Part shown: positions 50,462-64,000 of the stretch, one piece after another
Layout of the letters: every line of letters begins with the position of its first letter
Numbering within the stretch: the stretch's first letter is position 1
NCBI RefSeq assembly: GCF_006345805.1
Contig: NC_043004.1
Span: 54,560,001-54,624,000 of the forward strand
DNA: 64,000 nt
Direction: 5' to 3'
Origin: Octopus sinensis
Lineage: Eukaryota
Made by a program: the position numbers and the translations under genes
Notes under the pieces: generated by a model
What the model was told of the DNA's origin: nothing
Databases searched by the model: none
What the model saw: the letters and a program-made list of their open reading frames with translations, nothing else

Positions 50462-53400
50462 TTACAGATTTATGCTTAAAATAGTGTCGTCTTTCATACT
50501 GACCATTTTTGCCACTTTTACCCACTTTTTATTAAAACTTTCGTTCGACAAAGCCTTCCTCTCTATTCTCATCCTCCTTTTCAAGTGGTACTTGAAAAAG
50601 TTGACGAGAGACTGACCAGAGAGGAAGGTGTTTGTTTGCAGTCCTTTCAAACGCGTCCACCACACACATTCTTTCGCCATAGCCATCAGCGTAACGAAAA
50701 CCGTTTTCCCTTCCCGTTTAAAGGAAGGTGGTGGAACAATATTCACGATAGACTCGGCCGATAGGCAAGCCCGACCTACACGTGACAACAGCTGTTCGAC
50801 GAAGGACCACAGCTCTGAAATATCTGGACACTGCACGAGTGCGTGCAGAGCGGTTTCGTCGCTCTGACCGCATCTCGGGCAGGTCGGTCCGGTGATGGTT
50901 TTCGAACCGTGTCTGTAGCTCTTCTCTCGAACAGGTAGTGCGTCTCGATAGCACTGCCAAGCCAGGGATTTCTGGAAGTTATCCATAGGCCCCGGCCCGA
51001 ACGTCGTCCTGAACAGGCGGGTTAGGAATTCTTCGTCGACGCCCAGGTTTGCCCCGAGTGTGTCGTCGGACCTCCCCTCCACTAGTCCTCTATAGAACGC
51101 TTTAGTCGTTTGTAAGTTGCACAAGTTTGACCCCGGTCGGCAGAGCTGCTGTAGAGCTTGGCAACACTCTCGGTGCCAATCGCCCAGTTCCGGTCTCTTT
51201 TTGAACCACGTTTGCAGTTCGGTCAGTGAGACGAGCTGCGGGAAAGCGCGCCTCACAAACGGCGCCCACACCTGTTCACCGTCGTCGATGAAGTTCCAGA
51301 GATGTCGCAGTCTCAGCGCATGCCTGCGCATCATCAACAACGACATGCCCAGTCCTCCATTCAACGGATGTTGACAGCAAATGGACTTCCTCACAATCGG
51401 AACGCCACCATTCCACAGGAAGCGGAAGAGTATACGTTCCAGTTTGGTGATGGTGGCGTCGGGACAAGGTACGACGGTCAGGCGGTAATCGATGACGGAT
51501 GCGATGTACGCGTTCGCCACCTCCGCCCAGCCTTTTAGAGACAGCTTTCTCTCGGCCCATGTTTGGCTGAGAGCGACCACTCTACTCGTGATCTCGTCCC
51601 AGTTCAGGTCCGGACTGAACCAGACCCCGAGCAATTTTACCGGTCCGTCCGTCCAGCGTCCCACTACTGAGCCGCAGTCGGACGGCATGGGCTTGCTTCT
51701 CCAGGTGCCGAGTAGCAAACCCACTGACTTTTCCGGGTTAATCTTTGCTCCCGTCACCGTTTCGTATTTTCTTAGTGTCTCGGCTATCATCTGGATGTGT
51801 TTGTCGCTCGACACTATGACGGTGACATCGTCCGCATATGCCGACACGCTCGTCCCGCAACCCAGTTCCCGTGGGATGCCCCTCAGTGTCGCCAGCTTCC
51901 GCAGTAGCGGCTCGAGAGTCAATACATACAGAAACGCCGACAGGGGACACCCCTGACGGACCGAACGCGTGATGTCAAACGGTTTCGACAGGTGACCGTT
52001 CACCCGAATCACCGATCGGATGCCGCTATACAAGGCAGCGATCCAACCGCGGAAGACGGGACCGAAGCCAGCCGCCCTGAGGACGGCCGCCAAGTACCGA
52101 TGGTCGACCCTATCGAAGGCTTTAGACTGATCCAAATTTATCAGCGCCCCACCACTGCCAGGATCCTTAACTACCCTGTCCACAATGTAGCGCATCAGAT
52201 GGAGGTTGTCATGTATTGTTCTGCCCGGCACGGCGCATGTTTGCGCCCTGTCGACCAGTTTACCAATGACAAGCGCCAACCTCTCGGCTATTACTTTGGC
52301 CAAAATTTTCAAATCTGCGTTGAGCAGAGTGATGGGCCTGAAATTATCTATAAAATTTCCCTTGTTTGGGTCTTTCTTCAGCAACGTCACTGCACCTCGG
52401 CTCACGAAACCGGGGATTCTCCCGTTTTGTTGCCAGTTGTAGTAGATGCCAAGAGGTCGCCAAGAGGTCGCCAAACAAGTCTGGCATTTGACAATACAGC
52501 TCATAGGGTAAACCATCCAATCCAGGCGACTTATCCCTCGCACAGCCCGCCATCGCATCCCACAGGTCAGCGGCTGTGATGGGACTTTCACAACACTCCG
52601 CTTCTCTTGCCGAGAGCCGCGGCAGGTCGGTCAGGTAGGCACTGAAATCCATCCCGCGTTCCGACCCACCACTCGCACCAAACAGTCATCCTTTCGGGTT
52701 CGAGTAAACTGCATCCCTGTTGATCTATTAGAGACCGAATGGTGGCTCTGTTGCCACGCTGCGCCTCCGCTACCCGGGCCTCTCGCGCAGCTTCGATCTC
52801 TTCGTTCCTTAAGGCACGCATTTTAGCTCTGACGACGCAACCTTCGTGCTTGGCGTTGAGGTGTTGGTCGAGGGCCATCCTCGCAGCCAGCACGTTGGTT
52901 GCGCTGCCAGTGGTAAGTGCCTCTTCTAGTTTCTTAACCAAGTCTCCCTCTACTCTATTTCGTTCTATCGCTAATTCCTTGCTAAACCTAATTGATTCCG
53001 ATTTTATTGCCATTTTCAGGGCGCACCACCAGCGGTTGTTAACGACGGCTCCCGTCAGCGCCCTCTTAATTAACTCGCTAATACGGTTCCTGTAAACCTG
53101 TCGCGCTAACAGCGACGTGTTCAGTTTCCAGTAACCGGGACCCTGCCTATGTGTTTTATCTAAGTCGAGCGTACACGTAACAAATTTGTGATCTGTGTAG
53201 CTGACTATTTTAAATTGTGGACATCCTACACTATCCCTATCCGCTGTCCTGCATAGAATTCTATCTAGATAAGATCTCGACGATCCGACGCGGTTTGTCC
53301 AAGTCCACGTTGGCACGTTCGGATGGTCGAGTCGGAACCTGTCAGACAAATGGAAACGTCTGAGCAGGTCTTTGAGGCTCTTACACCCCCTTCTATTCCT

Positions 53401-53875
53401 ATTCCTTCCCACATAATCTAGATGCGTGTCCAAGGTAGCGTTCCAATCCCCTACTAACAGTAAAGGTCTAGACGTACCCAGGAAAACCCCTAGACGTCTG
53501 AAGAAATCCGCCCGACCCGTTAAGGACGGTGCATAAACTGCCATCAGACGGAATGCACACCATTTCTGCCATCCACGTCCAAGACAACCAGCCTACCCTC
53601 CGGGTCTTGGATATTGCTCTTATTTTTACATTTAGACTCTTTCGAAAAAGCACCGCGGTATCTCCACCACCCATGTTCGGCAGACAGGGAGAAAAATAAA
53701 TGTCAAATTGATTGCCAAACATGGACTCGAGGGCTCGCGGCTTACTGAGTCTGGTTTCACTGATAGCTACTATATCCACATTCAGTGACTTGATGTCGTT
53801 TAGAAGGTAACCTTGCTTCCAAGCCGACGCCAAGCCACGCGCATTCACACAACCTAATTTAAGCATACTTGACAT
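50462..53875 (-). pseudogene. Tx1 ORF2p (APE + RT), frameshifted
   Basis: Reads MSSMLKLGCVNARGL, LLVGDWNA, SYTDHKFV, KSPGLDGLP, FRPITLLNAD, LDQSKAFDRV, SAYADDV and CPRCGQSDETALHAL. Confidence 0.92.
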
Positions 53876-54187
53876 TTACGAAAATTGTGTTTTACACACT
53901 ACATTAGAAGAGACAAGAGGCAACAGGGGAGGTCACTTACTCATTTTAAAAGTTTTATTTTTTTCTTCTTCTTTTGTATTGTTTTTGATGAGGTGTTTGT
54001 ATAGTTTTTTCGACAGGTATCGTTGAAACCCGCCTACCGCATTCGGTAATATTGTTTTCAGTATGGTTTTGCTTGTGTTATGTGTAAAATTCTGATGTGT
54101 TTCGGTGGTGTGGTGTGCGGATGATTGTTTGTCTTAAAGTCATCTTCACAGATGACCGTGCTGGATGTGATGTAGTCCATTAATTCT

Positions 54188-55801
54188 TTATTGTCTGTGT
54201 CTATTGCAATTTAGTTGTGCGTGTGGTTTTATGGGTTCATTGCTTTTTTGATTGTCTAGGGGGATGTTGTCCGGAGTTAGATATCTCCCTGCTTTACTTC
54301 CTTGTTTGGTGGATTTTTGGGATCTTTTCCTTTTACCCCCTGTGGCTATTTGCCATTCCGTCGAACTTTCGTCGTCCGACGTATCAGTATGGGGTAGAGG
54401 CAAAGCATTTGCGGTCATATGTATGCTTGTAGAAATTGTTGATGTTTTGTGCGGTGTTTGTGTTGTTGTGGTGTTAGGGGTAGAATTTGTCTTCTCGTCA
54501 CTGTTTTCTGTCTTTTTAATTGTCGTCCTCTGTGTGGGTGTTGGTCTATTTTTTGTCGATTCAACATGTTGAATTGGTTGTGACGTCATGGTGATGTTGT
54601 TGGGGTTTGTTTGCTGGTTTGTTGTTTTTCTTGGCATTGTTCCATAATTGAGTGTGTTGGTGTTGGTGTTGGTGTTGGCAACAAGGGTTTTTTTATTTGT
54701 TTTCTGATTTGTTCTTTCTTGTTTTTTCTATACCAGAGCGCACTTGGCAATTAAATGTTCGGGACTGACACAGTTGTAGCATCTAGGCTTTTTGCCTTCT
54801 GCTACAACATATAGGCATTGCCCATTTTCCAAGTGGATCTTATCCGGTAAGCTCTCGATAGAGGCCCCCTCAATCTGTATGGTCACCACTATTGTCTTCC
54901 CACCCCAAATGTCGCCAAGGTACACTGCGGTTTCCAAAATGTTGATATTTTTTAAATGGTAACAGATTGCCCCTGTTATTCATTTGTTAGGAATCTCGGG
55001 AGGTACATTTTTATTAGTGATTCGACTCACTCTCTGGTTTTTATAGTATGGGACCATGATGATTTCATCATTTCCCAGAGACTCAGTAGAGTGAGCTTTT
55101 GCCACTTCCTGGTTAGGGAAGCGGACCACTACTGTGTTAAACTGGGGACCCCAGTTTATATATTCTTTTTCTTTCATTATGTTTTTTAAGCATTTTTCTA
55201 CATCTGTTTTTGTAATCTGTTCATTTAGTTTTTTGTTTTTTCTTATAATTTTATATATAATTGTCTTATTTTCTATTTCTTGCTTTATGTGTTGAGGTGT
55301 ATGCAGCACAAAATCTTGCCCACGGGTTGTAAAGAGAGCTCTCGTTTCTATGAGCTCTTCATTTGTAAATGTTACAATCTCTTTCTTCTGACGCAGAGTG
55401 TCAGCGAAATTTACTGGTGTTGTTGATTTTTTTGTATTAACATCTTCACTATTAGATAGTTCATTTTTATTGTTGTTCTTGTTTTTGTTGTTATTTTTCT
55501 TAATAGTATTCGCGTGAGTTTCATTCTTATCATTTATGTTGGTCGTGGTGGTAGTGGTGGTGGTGGTGGTAGTGGAGGTGGTGGTGATAGCAGTAGTAGT
55601 CTCGTTGTTGTTGTTGTTAGTGGTGGTGGTGGTGGTGACAGGGCTGTTACCGCACGTGGTTGCAGCGTTCATTCCAACGTTATTCATGTTTGCACTTTGC
55701 GTGCATGAGTTCTTTTTTTCTTCTCCTAGCGTTTCCAAACTAGGAAAATGCTGGTCCATAAAGAAACGCGACCAGCGTTCTACAATAAAATTTCTCGACA
55801 T
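54188..55801 (-). pseudogene. Tx1 ORF1p, frameshifted
   Basis: ORFs 54980-55801, 54728-54937 (CYNCVSPEHLIAKC knuckle) and 54188-54637. Confidence 0.78.
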
Positions 55802-56008
55802 TTTCTAATGTCGAGAAGAAAATTACAGAAATGAAATGGGGTTGAAACTGCCCCTAAGTGCGAATTGCTCCCTTGGAAAAGCACACAAACGAAAGTTGGG
55901 TGCCTTACACACCTTATTTGCAAAAATGTACCCAAAATATGGGCTATAAGTCAAAATAAACGATTACCTTCGGAGCCGAAGTGACAGCACGTCCGTAGAT
56001 AGATAGAT

Positions 56009-58165
56009 ATGTTTCTTTATTAGCCACGCAGGGCTGCACACAGATAGAACAAATTACAAGGTAGAGATTTTCTTTTGAAGGCTTAAAAAAAAAAAAAGGA
56101 AGGGGGAGTTTCGATCAAAAGGGATCGTAAAAGGAGAGAAAGAGGACAAAAAAAGGGGAGTTAAAAAAAAGGGGGGAGAGGAAAAAAATTGATCAATAGG
56201 GATCGTTATCACAGAAATGTCAATATGAAGTGTAAAGGGGAGGACAGGTGAGGTTTACCCGTGGAAAGAAAAGCCTACGGAAAAGACCACGGTAGCCTCG
56301 GTCAATGGAGTCACATGTTATATTTCTTTTTTTTTTTGCGAATAAGCAACTCTCTGTTTTCAATTTCTGGGTTCATAGGATCATGCTCAAGGTGACTTCG
56401 TCATTCATACGTGCCATTCTTGCTACATTCACCCATCTTTTTTTAAAACATTCGCTAGACAAAACTTGCCTCTCTACTCTCACTTTCCTTTTCAAGTGGT
56501 ACTTGAAGAAGTTGATGAGAGATTGACCAGAGAGGAAAGTGTTTGTCTCCAATCCTTTCAGACGCGTCCACCAGATACATTCTTTCGCCATAGCCACAAG
56601 GATGATGAAAATAGCTCTTCCTTCCCGTTTGAAGGAAGGAGGCGTGACAATATTGACGATAGACTCAGCTGATAAACCGACTCGTCACACACGTGACAGC
56701 AGTTGTTCGACATAAGCCCACAGGTCGGAAATTGTTTGACACCGCATGAGTGCGTGCAGAACGGTTTCGTCGCTCTGACCGCATCTCGGGCAGGTCGGCC
56801 CCGTGTTTCTCGAGCCGTGTCTGTAGAGCTTATCCCGAACGGGTAGCGCTTCTCGGTAGCACTGCCAGGCCAGGGATCTCTGGAAGTTGTCCATGGGCCC
56901 TGGCCCGAAAGTCGTCCTGAACAGGCGGGTCAGGTACTCCTCGTCGACGTCCAGGTTCGCCCCGAGCTCGTCGTCGTACCTCCCCTCCACTAAACCCCTA
57001 TAGAATGCTTTGGTTGTGTTGAAGTCACTCAAGGTCGACCCAGGACGGCAGAGTTGCTTGAGAGCAACGCGACACTCGCGATGCCATTCGCCCTTCCTCG
57101 GCCTCTTTTTGATCCACGACTGCAGTTCGGTCATGGAGACGAGCTGCGGGAAAGCGTGCCTCACAAACGGCGACCACACCTGTTCACCGTCGTCTACATA
57201 GAGCCAGAGATGTCGCAGTCTCAGCGCGTGTCTGCGCATCATCAACCACGGCATGCCCAGCCCTCGTTTTAACGGGTGTTGACAGCAAATGGATCGCCTG
57301 ACCATCGGGACGCATCCTTTCCACAAGAAGCGGAAGAGAATGCGTTCTAGTTTGGTGATGGTAGGGTCGGGACAAGGTACGACGGTCAGGCGGTAGTAGA
57401 TGACGGACGCGATGTACGTGTTCGTCACCTCCGCCCGACCTTTTAGGGACAGTTTCCTCTCGGCCCATTGCCGGGCGAGAGTGACCACCCTACTCGTTAT
57501 CTCGTTCCAGTTCTTCTCCACTTGGAGGTCCGGACCAAACCAGACCCCGAGCAACTCAACCGGGCCGTCGGTCCAGCGTCCCACGACGGAGGCGCTGGTG
57601 GACGGCATGGGCTTGCTTCTCCAGGTGCCTAGTCGCAAGCCCACTGACTTTTCCCGGTTGATTTTCGCTCCTGTCACCGCTTCGTAGTTTTTCAGTGTCT
57701 CGCCGACCTGCTCGATGTGCTCGTGGCTAGACACTATGACGGTGACGTCGTCCGCGTATGCAGACACGCTCGTCCCGCATCCCAGTTCTCGCGGGATGCC
57801 TCTCAAGGTTGCCAGCTTCCGCAATAATGGCTCGAGAGTCAATACGTATAGAAGCGACGAGAGGGGGCATCCCTGACGGACCGAACGTGCGATGTCGAAG
57901 GGTCTCGATAGATGTCCATTCACGCGAATTACCGAACGGATGCCTCTGTACAAAGCGGCTATCCAGTCGCGGAAGACGGGACCGAAGCCAGCCGCTCCGA
58001 GGACCGCCTCCAAGTATCGATGGTCCACCCTATCGAAAGCTTTCGATTGATCCAAATTGATCAGCGCCCCACCCATGCCAGGTTCGTTAACTACCCTGTC
58101 TATGATGTAGCGCATCAGGTGGAGGTTGTCATGGATGGTCCGGCCTGGCACGGCGCATGTTTGCG
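56009..58165 (-). mobile_element. 5'-truncated Tx1 LINE (RT C-terminal half + 3' UTR), bounded by (GATA)n on both sides
   Basis: ORF 56685-58238 enters RT at QTCAVPG directly after (TATC)n-coded IYLS repeats. It has an in-frame TGA at ~56686 where the paralog at ~63946 reads GGA. Confidence 0.92.
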
Positions 58166-58205
<40 letters not shown>

Positions 58206-58206
<1 letters not shown>

Positions 58207-58373
58207 TGTTTCTTTATTAGCCACACAGGGCTGCACACAGATAGAACAAATTACAAGGTAGAGCTTTTCTTTTGAAGGTATTAAAAAAAAAAAAAAAAAA
58301 AGGGGGAGGTTCGATCAAAAGGGATCGTAAAAGGAGAGAAAGAGGACAAAAATAAGGGGGGTTAAAAAAAAAA
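58206..58373 (-). mobile_element. 3'-UTR-only Tx1 copy in (GATA)n
   Basis: Near-identical to 56009-56170. Confidence 0.88.
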
Positions 58374-58388
58374 TAGATAGATAGATAT

Positions 58389-58443
<55 letters not shown>

Positions 58444-58444
58444 T

Positions 58445-58526
<82 letters not shown>

Positions 58527-58527
58527 T
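58374..58527. repeat. (GATA)n microsatellite
   Basis: Directly visible. Confidence 0.97.
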
Positions 58528-58940
58528 GATAGTCACTGGCAAGTATGTATGACCTGGTAGATGGTAACACGCTTTAACTAATTGTTTCAGCTTTTTATGT
58601 AGTCGTGAGCAAACATACACACGCTCTCACCATTTTCTCTCACCCTTGTCCAAATGGAGCATCATGGATATGAAAACTGGTGATCATTTTGAGCTGATTA
58701 CAGAGGAGCAGGGTAAAATTATGTATATTGTTCACGAACACAACGCTGCACGCAATTCAGGGATCAGACCCACGGCTTTATGGTTGGGATCCTAACAACC
58801 CTAGGCAATACACAACACGCTATCACACACATACACACACACGCACATACATACAGACACATACACATATATACATACACACACATATTTATATATACAT
58901 CTGACTTGTGTGTATCTATCTGTCTAGCTAGCTAGCTAGC

Positions 58941-58998
<58 letters not shown>

Positions 58999-58999
58999 T

Positions 59000-59040
<41 letters not shown>

Positions 59041-59501
59041 CATAGAGAGAGAGACAGAGAGAGACAGAGAGAGAAAGAGAGATGTGAGCAAAATCTGTGT
59101 GAAAGAGAAGTAGCAGGCGTGAAAAATTTCTATTCGCCGCACCCGGAAATAATTTATTTTGTAGACGGAAGCAAATTATTTGACCAAAAGTGCCAATAAT
59201 GAATGGTGTCTGAAGGAACACTTCAAGAGTTCTCTCGGGAAAATATGAAGACTTTTGAATTACAATGAATTCAAAATATATTTATTGATGGTGAAAACAA
59301 AGCTAATTATATGTGGTGAAAGTGTTCAAACGAATTTTGTACTTGTAAGATCAGAAATAAGACTCACAAAACACACACACACACACAATTACAGACACAC
59401 AAACATAACACACAAACACAAACACACACACATATACACACATATGCACACATACCTAAAATTACATATCCGTGTATTGTCAATATATATAGATAGTGAT
59501 T

Positions 59502-59569
<68 letters not shown>

Positions 59570-59653
59570 CATAAATATGGAAGTTTAGATATACCCGTAT
59601 ATAAGTACATACGTACATGCGTATATGCATGTATGTATACACATGTTTATATA

Positions 59654-60040
59654 TCTCTCTCTATATAAACGGCAGTTTGTCTGTGCGTGTTTCTGTGTGT
59701 CTGTTTTCTCGTACCCTCACCCTGACCACGGCTTTCAACCGATTCTGATGAAACTTGACACACACATAGCCCAATGTATAATTCAAAACTAACGCAGCGA
59801 AAATTTTGAAAAGTTCCCCCAGTTCTGAAAAAAATCGATAAATTCGACATGGGGTCGAGAATAAAAAAAAACAAACCACAGACTGTCTAGGGGACGCAAC
59901 TCAACCTTTTATTACTCTCAAAAAAAAAATTTACCATCATTTTTTTTCCATTTTTTGGCTATTTTTTGGCTATAACTCTCTAAAAATGCTTTATAGTTAT
60001 TTCCCTTACAAACCTGAGCAACGCCGGGCGATACTGCTAG
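59654..60040 (+). mobile_element. Non-autonomous Helitron
   Basis: A|TCTCTC...cctgagcaacgccggg-cgatactg-CTAG|T; no TSD. Confidence 0.85.
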
Positions 60041-60516
60041 TGTATATATACATATAAACCTATAGAGATATATGCATACCTATATATACAAACACATGTA
60101 CACACATACATACACACACACATATACACTTACACACACACATATTTATATTGCTGCAATCACGTATGTATATAAGTTCTAATACACTGCGTTATACTAC
60201 AGAATTCGCATATTGATTTTTAACCAACTTTCTATGTGTTCACAGGTGTAAAAACTTCAACAAAATCTTCGTGAAATGAAAAACAGGTAGATCAGCTCAA
60301 ACCCCTGGAATCCTGAGATTTTGTCAACAACTGAGTTACCTCTTTCACTTTCCATGAAAACATATTGCTAATCACCTCACAGTGCTCAAGGTGAAAACTA
60401 ATAGGATATATAAGGGCAATAAGTGAAGCCATTTCTGATAAGATAAAATAGTTTCTAACGGTTTTAACCAACACTTTGTATATGCAAATGTAAAACCTTT
60501 ATAGTTTTTAACTTTT

Positions 60517-60925
60517 GCAGGAGTGGCTGTGTGGTAAGTAGCTTGCTAACCAATCACATGGTTCTGGGTTCAGTCCCACTGCGTGGCATCTTGGGCAAGT
60601 GTCTTCTGCTATAGCCCCGGGCCGACCAATGCCTTGTGAGTGGATTTGGTAGTCGCAAACTGAAAGAAGCCTGTCGTATATATGTATATATATATGTGTG
60701 TGTATGTGTTTGTGTGTCTGTATTTGTCTCCCTAGCATTGCTTGACAACCGATGCTGGTGTGTTAACGTCCCCGTCACTTAGCTGTTCGGCAACGAGACC
60801 GATAGAATAAGTACTGGGCTTACAAAAGAATAAGTCCTGGGGTCGATTTGCTCGACTAAAGGCGGTGCTCCAGCATGGCCGCAGTCAAATGACTGAAACA
60901 AGTAAAAGAGTAAAAGAGTAAAGAG
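60517..60925 (+). mobile_element. tRNA-derived SINE with internal microsatellite and (TAAAAGAG)n tail
   Basis: gcaggagtggctgtgtggtaag...ggttcagtccc (box A/B); the tail is aagtaaaagagtaaaagag. Confidence 0.88.
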
Positions 60926-61189
60926 TACAAGTGTTAACAATGGTAATAGTTTCACTCTAGAGAGAGAGGGTTTCCGTTCTGGAGAAGTTTCATTCAGGAG
61001 TTTCTCCCTGTAGTGACCCATGAGTAACGGTTCACAGATACATTGCCAAAACAAGAGTGCCATTAAAGACCAAAACGGATATTTCAGATGCAGGTTCATG
61101 AATTCCTGAGATGTCACTGAAGTAACTGTGTGTGCATACACACTCACACACCTACCCTCACACACACACACACATACACATGTATACAT

Positions 61190-61456
61190 TTATTCTTTTA
61201 TTTGTTTCTGTCATTTGACTGCGGCCATGCTGGAGCGCCGTCTTTAGTCGATCAAAGTGACCCCAAAAACTTATTGTTTGTAAGCCTAGTACTTATTCTA
61301 TCGATCTTTTGCCGAACCACTAAATTACTGGGACGTAAACACACCAGCATCGGTGTCCAAGCGATGGTGGAGGGACAAACACACACACGAACACAAACAC
61401 AAACACACACATACACACACACACACGCGCACACGCACACACGCACACACACACAG

Positions 61457-61510
<54 letters not shown>

Positions 61511-62520
61511 ACCTTAAGCTTCTTTCAGTTTCCGTCTACCACGTACACTCTCATGGCTTTGGTCGGCCCGAGGCTATAGCAGAAGACACTTGCCCAAGGT
61601 ACCACGCAATGGGACTGAACCAGTATCCGTGTGCGTCTGTGTATGTATGTATGTATGTATGTAGTATGTATGTATGTATGTATGTATGTATGTATGTATT
61701 TAAGTGTGTGTGTCTTTGTGCTTGTGTCTGTCCACCACCACCACTTGACGATTGGTGTTGGCTTGTATACGCGCCCTTCACCGTTCGGCAACATAGGTAG
61801 GTATAATAGGTTCCAGACTTTGAAAATGAGTGCTGGGTCGGTTTGTATGACTAAGCTTTTCGTGGCTGCAGGCTACAGACGGAAACAAGTAAAGTATATC
61901 AATAAAGATATGTATGTGGATGAGTAATTCACAGACAAGTGCTTCCTCAACGTAATACTAAGAGAGATTCAGTGTGATACAATGTGACAAAGCTGGACCT
62001 TTGAATTACAGCTACTACTCATTTTTGCTAGTTGACTGGACTCAGGCAGCCTGAAATAAAGTATCTTGCTCCAGGACACAGCGTGGAATCGAACTCATAT
62101 CAGTAGAATCGTGAGCCAAGTACCCTACCTACTTAGCCATACACCTTCATTGTGTTAATACTAGGGACCAAGAATAGGGACTATTCTTCTTCTTGTTTCT
62201 GTCATATGACTGCGACCACGCTGGAGAACTGCCTTCATGTATTTCTGTCGAACAATTCGACCCCAGGACTTATTTTTAAACCTAGTGTCTATTCTATCGA
62301 TCTCTTTGCCGAGGCTCTAAGTTATGAGGACGTAAACACACCAAATCCAGTTGTCAAGCGATGATGGCATGGACAAACACAGACACAGACACACGACAGG
62401 CTCCTTTAAGAGTCTATCTACCAATTCCCCTCACAAGGCTTTGGTCGGCCAGATATTATAGTAAAAGACACTTGCCCAATACCATGTGATTGGAAAGCAA
62501 GCTTCTTACCACACAGTCAT
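61190..62520 (-). mobile_element. Cluster of SINE copies (about 61190-61625, 61935-62150, 62160-62520)
   Basis: Reverse-complement homology to the 60517 family and to the CORE-type family. Confidence 0.75.
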
Positions 62521-62850
62521 GAAGTTTTTATACGAAATTTATATAAAAAATACAGTCGTGAATAAAAGCGATAACGTTGAGATGTTGTTGGGTTAGGTTA
62601 AGATAGATTGTAGTGGAAATGTGTGCGGTTAAATATCTTGCAGCCTTTTATAATTTACGTTGACTAAGCTGTCATTTTGAGAAAAATACGTAAACGGCTG
62701 TCAAATTCGGCGTTAATGAAAGTTAACACCTTAGCATCTTAGTTTAGGTAGACTTGGTTCATCAATATTTTATATATTCATACTCGTGTTATAAAAGCAT
62801 GGATATTCATATACACACGCACAATCGCACACATATAGACTCACACAGAA

Positions 62851-62950
<100 letters not shown>

Positions 62951-63140
62951 GTTTCTTTATTGGCCACACAGGGCTGCACACAGATGGGACAAGTTACAAG
63001 GTAGAGCTTTTCTTTTGGGGGATGAAAAAAACAAAAAAACAAAAGAAACAAAAAAAAGGGGTGGCGTAGGTTTTCGATCAAGAGGGATCGTAAAAGGGAA
63101 GAAAAGAACAAAAAAAATTAATAAATAAAATAAAAAATAA
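62951..63140 (-). mobile_element. 3'-UTR-only copy of a Tx1 subfamily in (GATA)n/(GACA)n
   Basis: gtttctttattggccacacagggctgcacacagat...ttttcgatcaagagggatcg. Confidence 0.85.
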
Positions 63141-63145
63141 ATAGA

Positions 63146-64000
<855 letters not shown>

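Larger units (their letters stand above)
50123..55996 (-). mobile_element. Near full-length Tx1/L1-clade LINE bounded by (GATA)n on both sides
   Basis: The 5' end ggacgtgctgtcac lies at ~55995, followed by ORF1 and ORF2; the 3' UTR ends gccctgtgtggctacaataaaaagt followed by (TATC)n. Confidence 0.92.

Noticed and set aside
60930-61130. Unique-looking segment as a host exon
   Set aside because: The short frames have no recognisable motif and the long ORF spans flanking SINE and microsatellite sequence, so support is insufficient.

Overview
AT-rich, microsatellite-saturated animal genomic DNA. The tRNA-derived SINE families look like those I recall from octopus, so a cephalopod source is likely but inferred. 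I found no host gene I can support; the window is almost entirely retroelements. Main contents: (1) a tandem array of a Naiad-type Penelope-like element (PLE; RT + GIY-YIG) with an inverted 5' piece (1-8229); (2) a decayed Gypsy LTR/PBS/gag fragment; (3) five R4/Dong-like (RLE endonuclease) LINE fragments plus a ~570-bp non-coding repeat, all in (ATT/ATC)n tracts; (4) a Neptune-type PLE whose 5' half is inverted (31003-35172); (5) several Tx1/L1-clade LINEs, including a stack of co-oriented copies that sit in (GATA)n tracts; (6) two copies of a non-autonomous Helitron; (7) many SINEs. The most notable signals are a set of hammerhead ribozyme motifs, including U3:A8 and G3:C8 covariants of the core pair, a (TATC)n-associated Tx1 family with conserved 3' hairpins, and a SINE 3' tail that matches the Tx1 3' ends. 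All structures and alignments were read by eye; none were computed.
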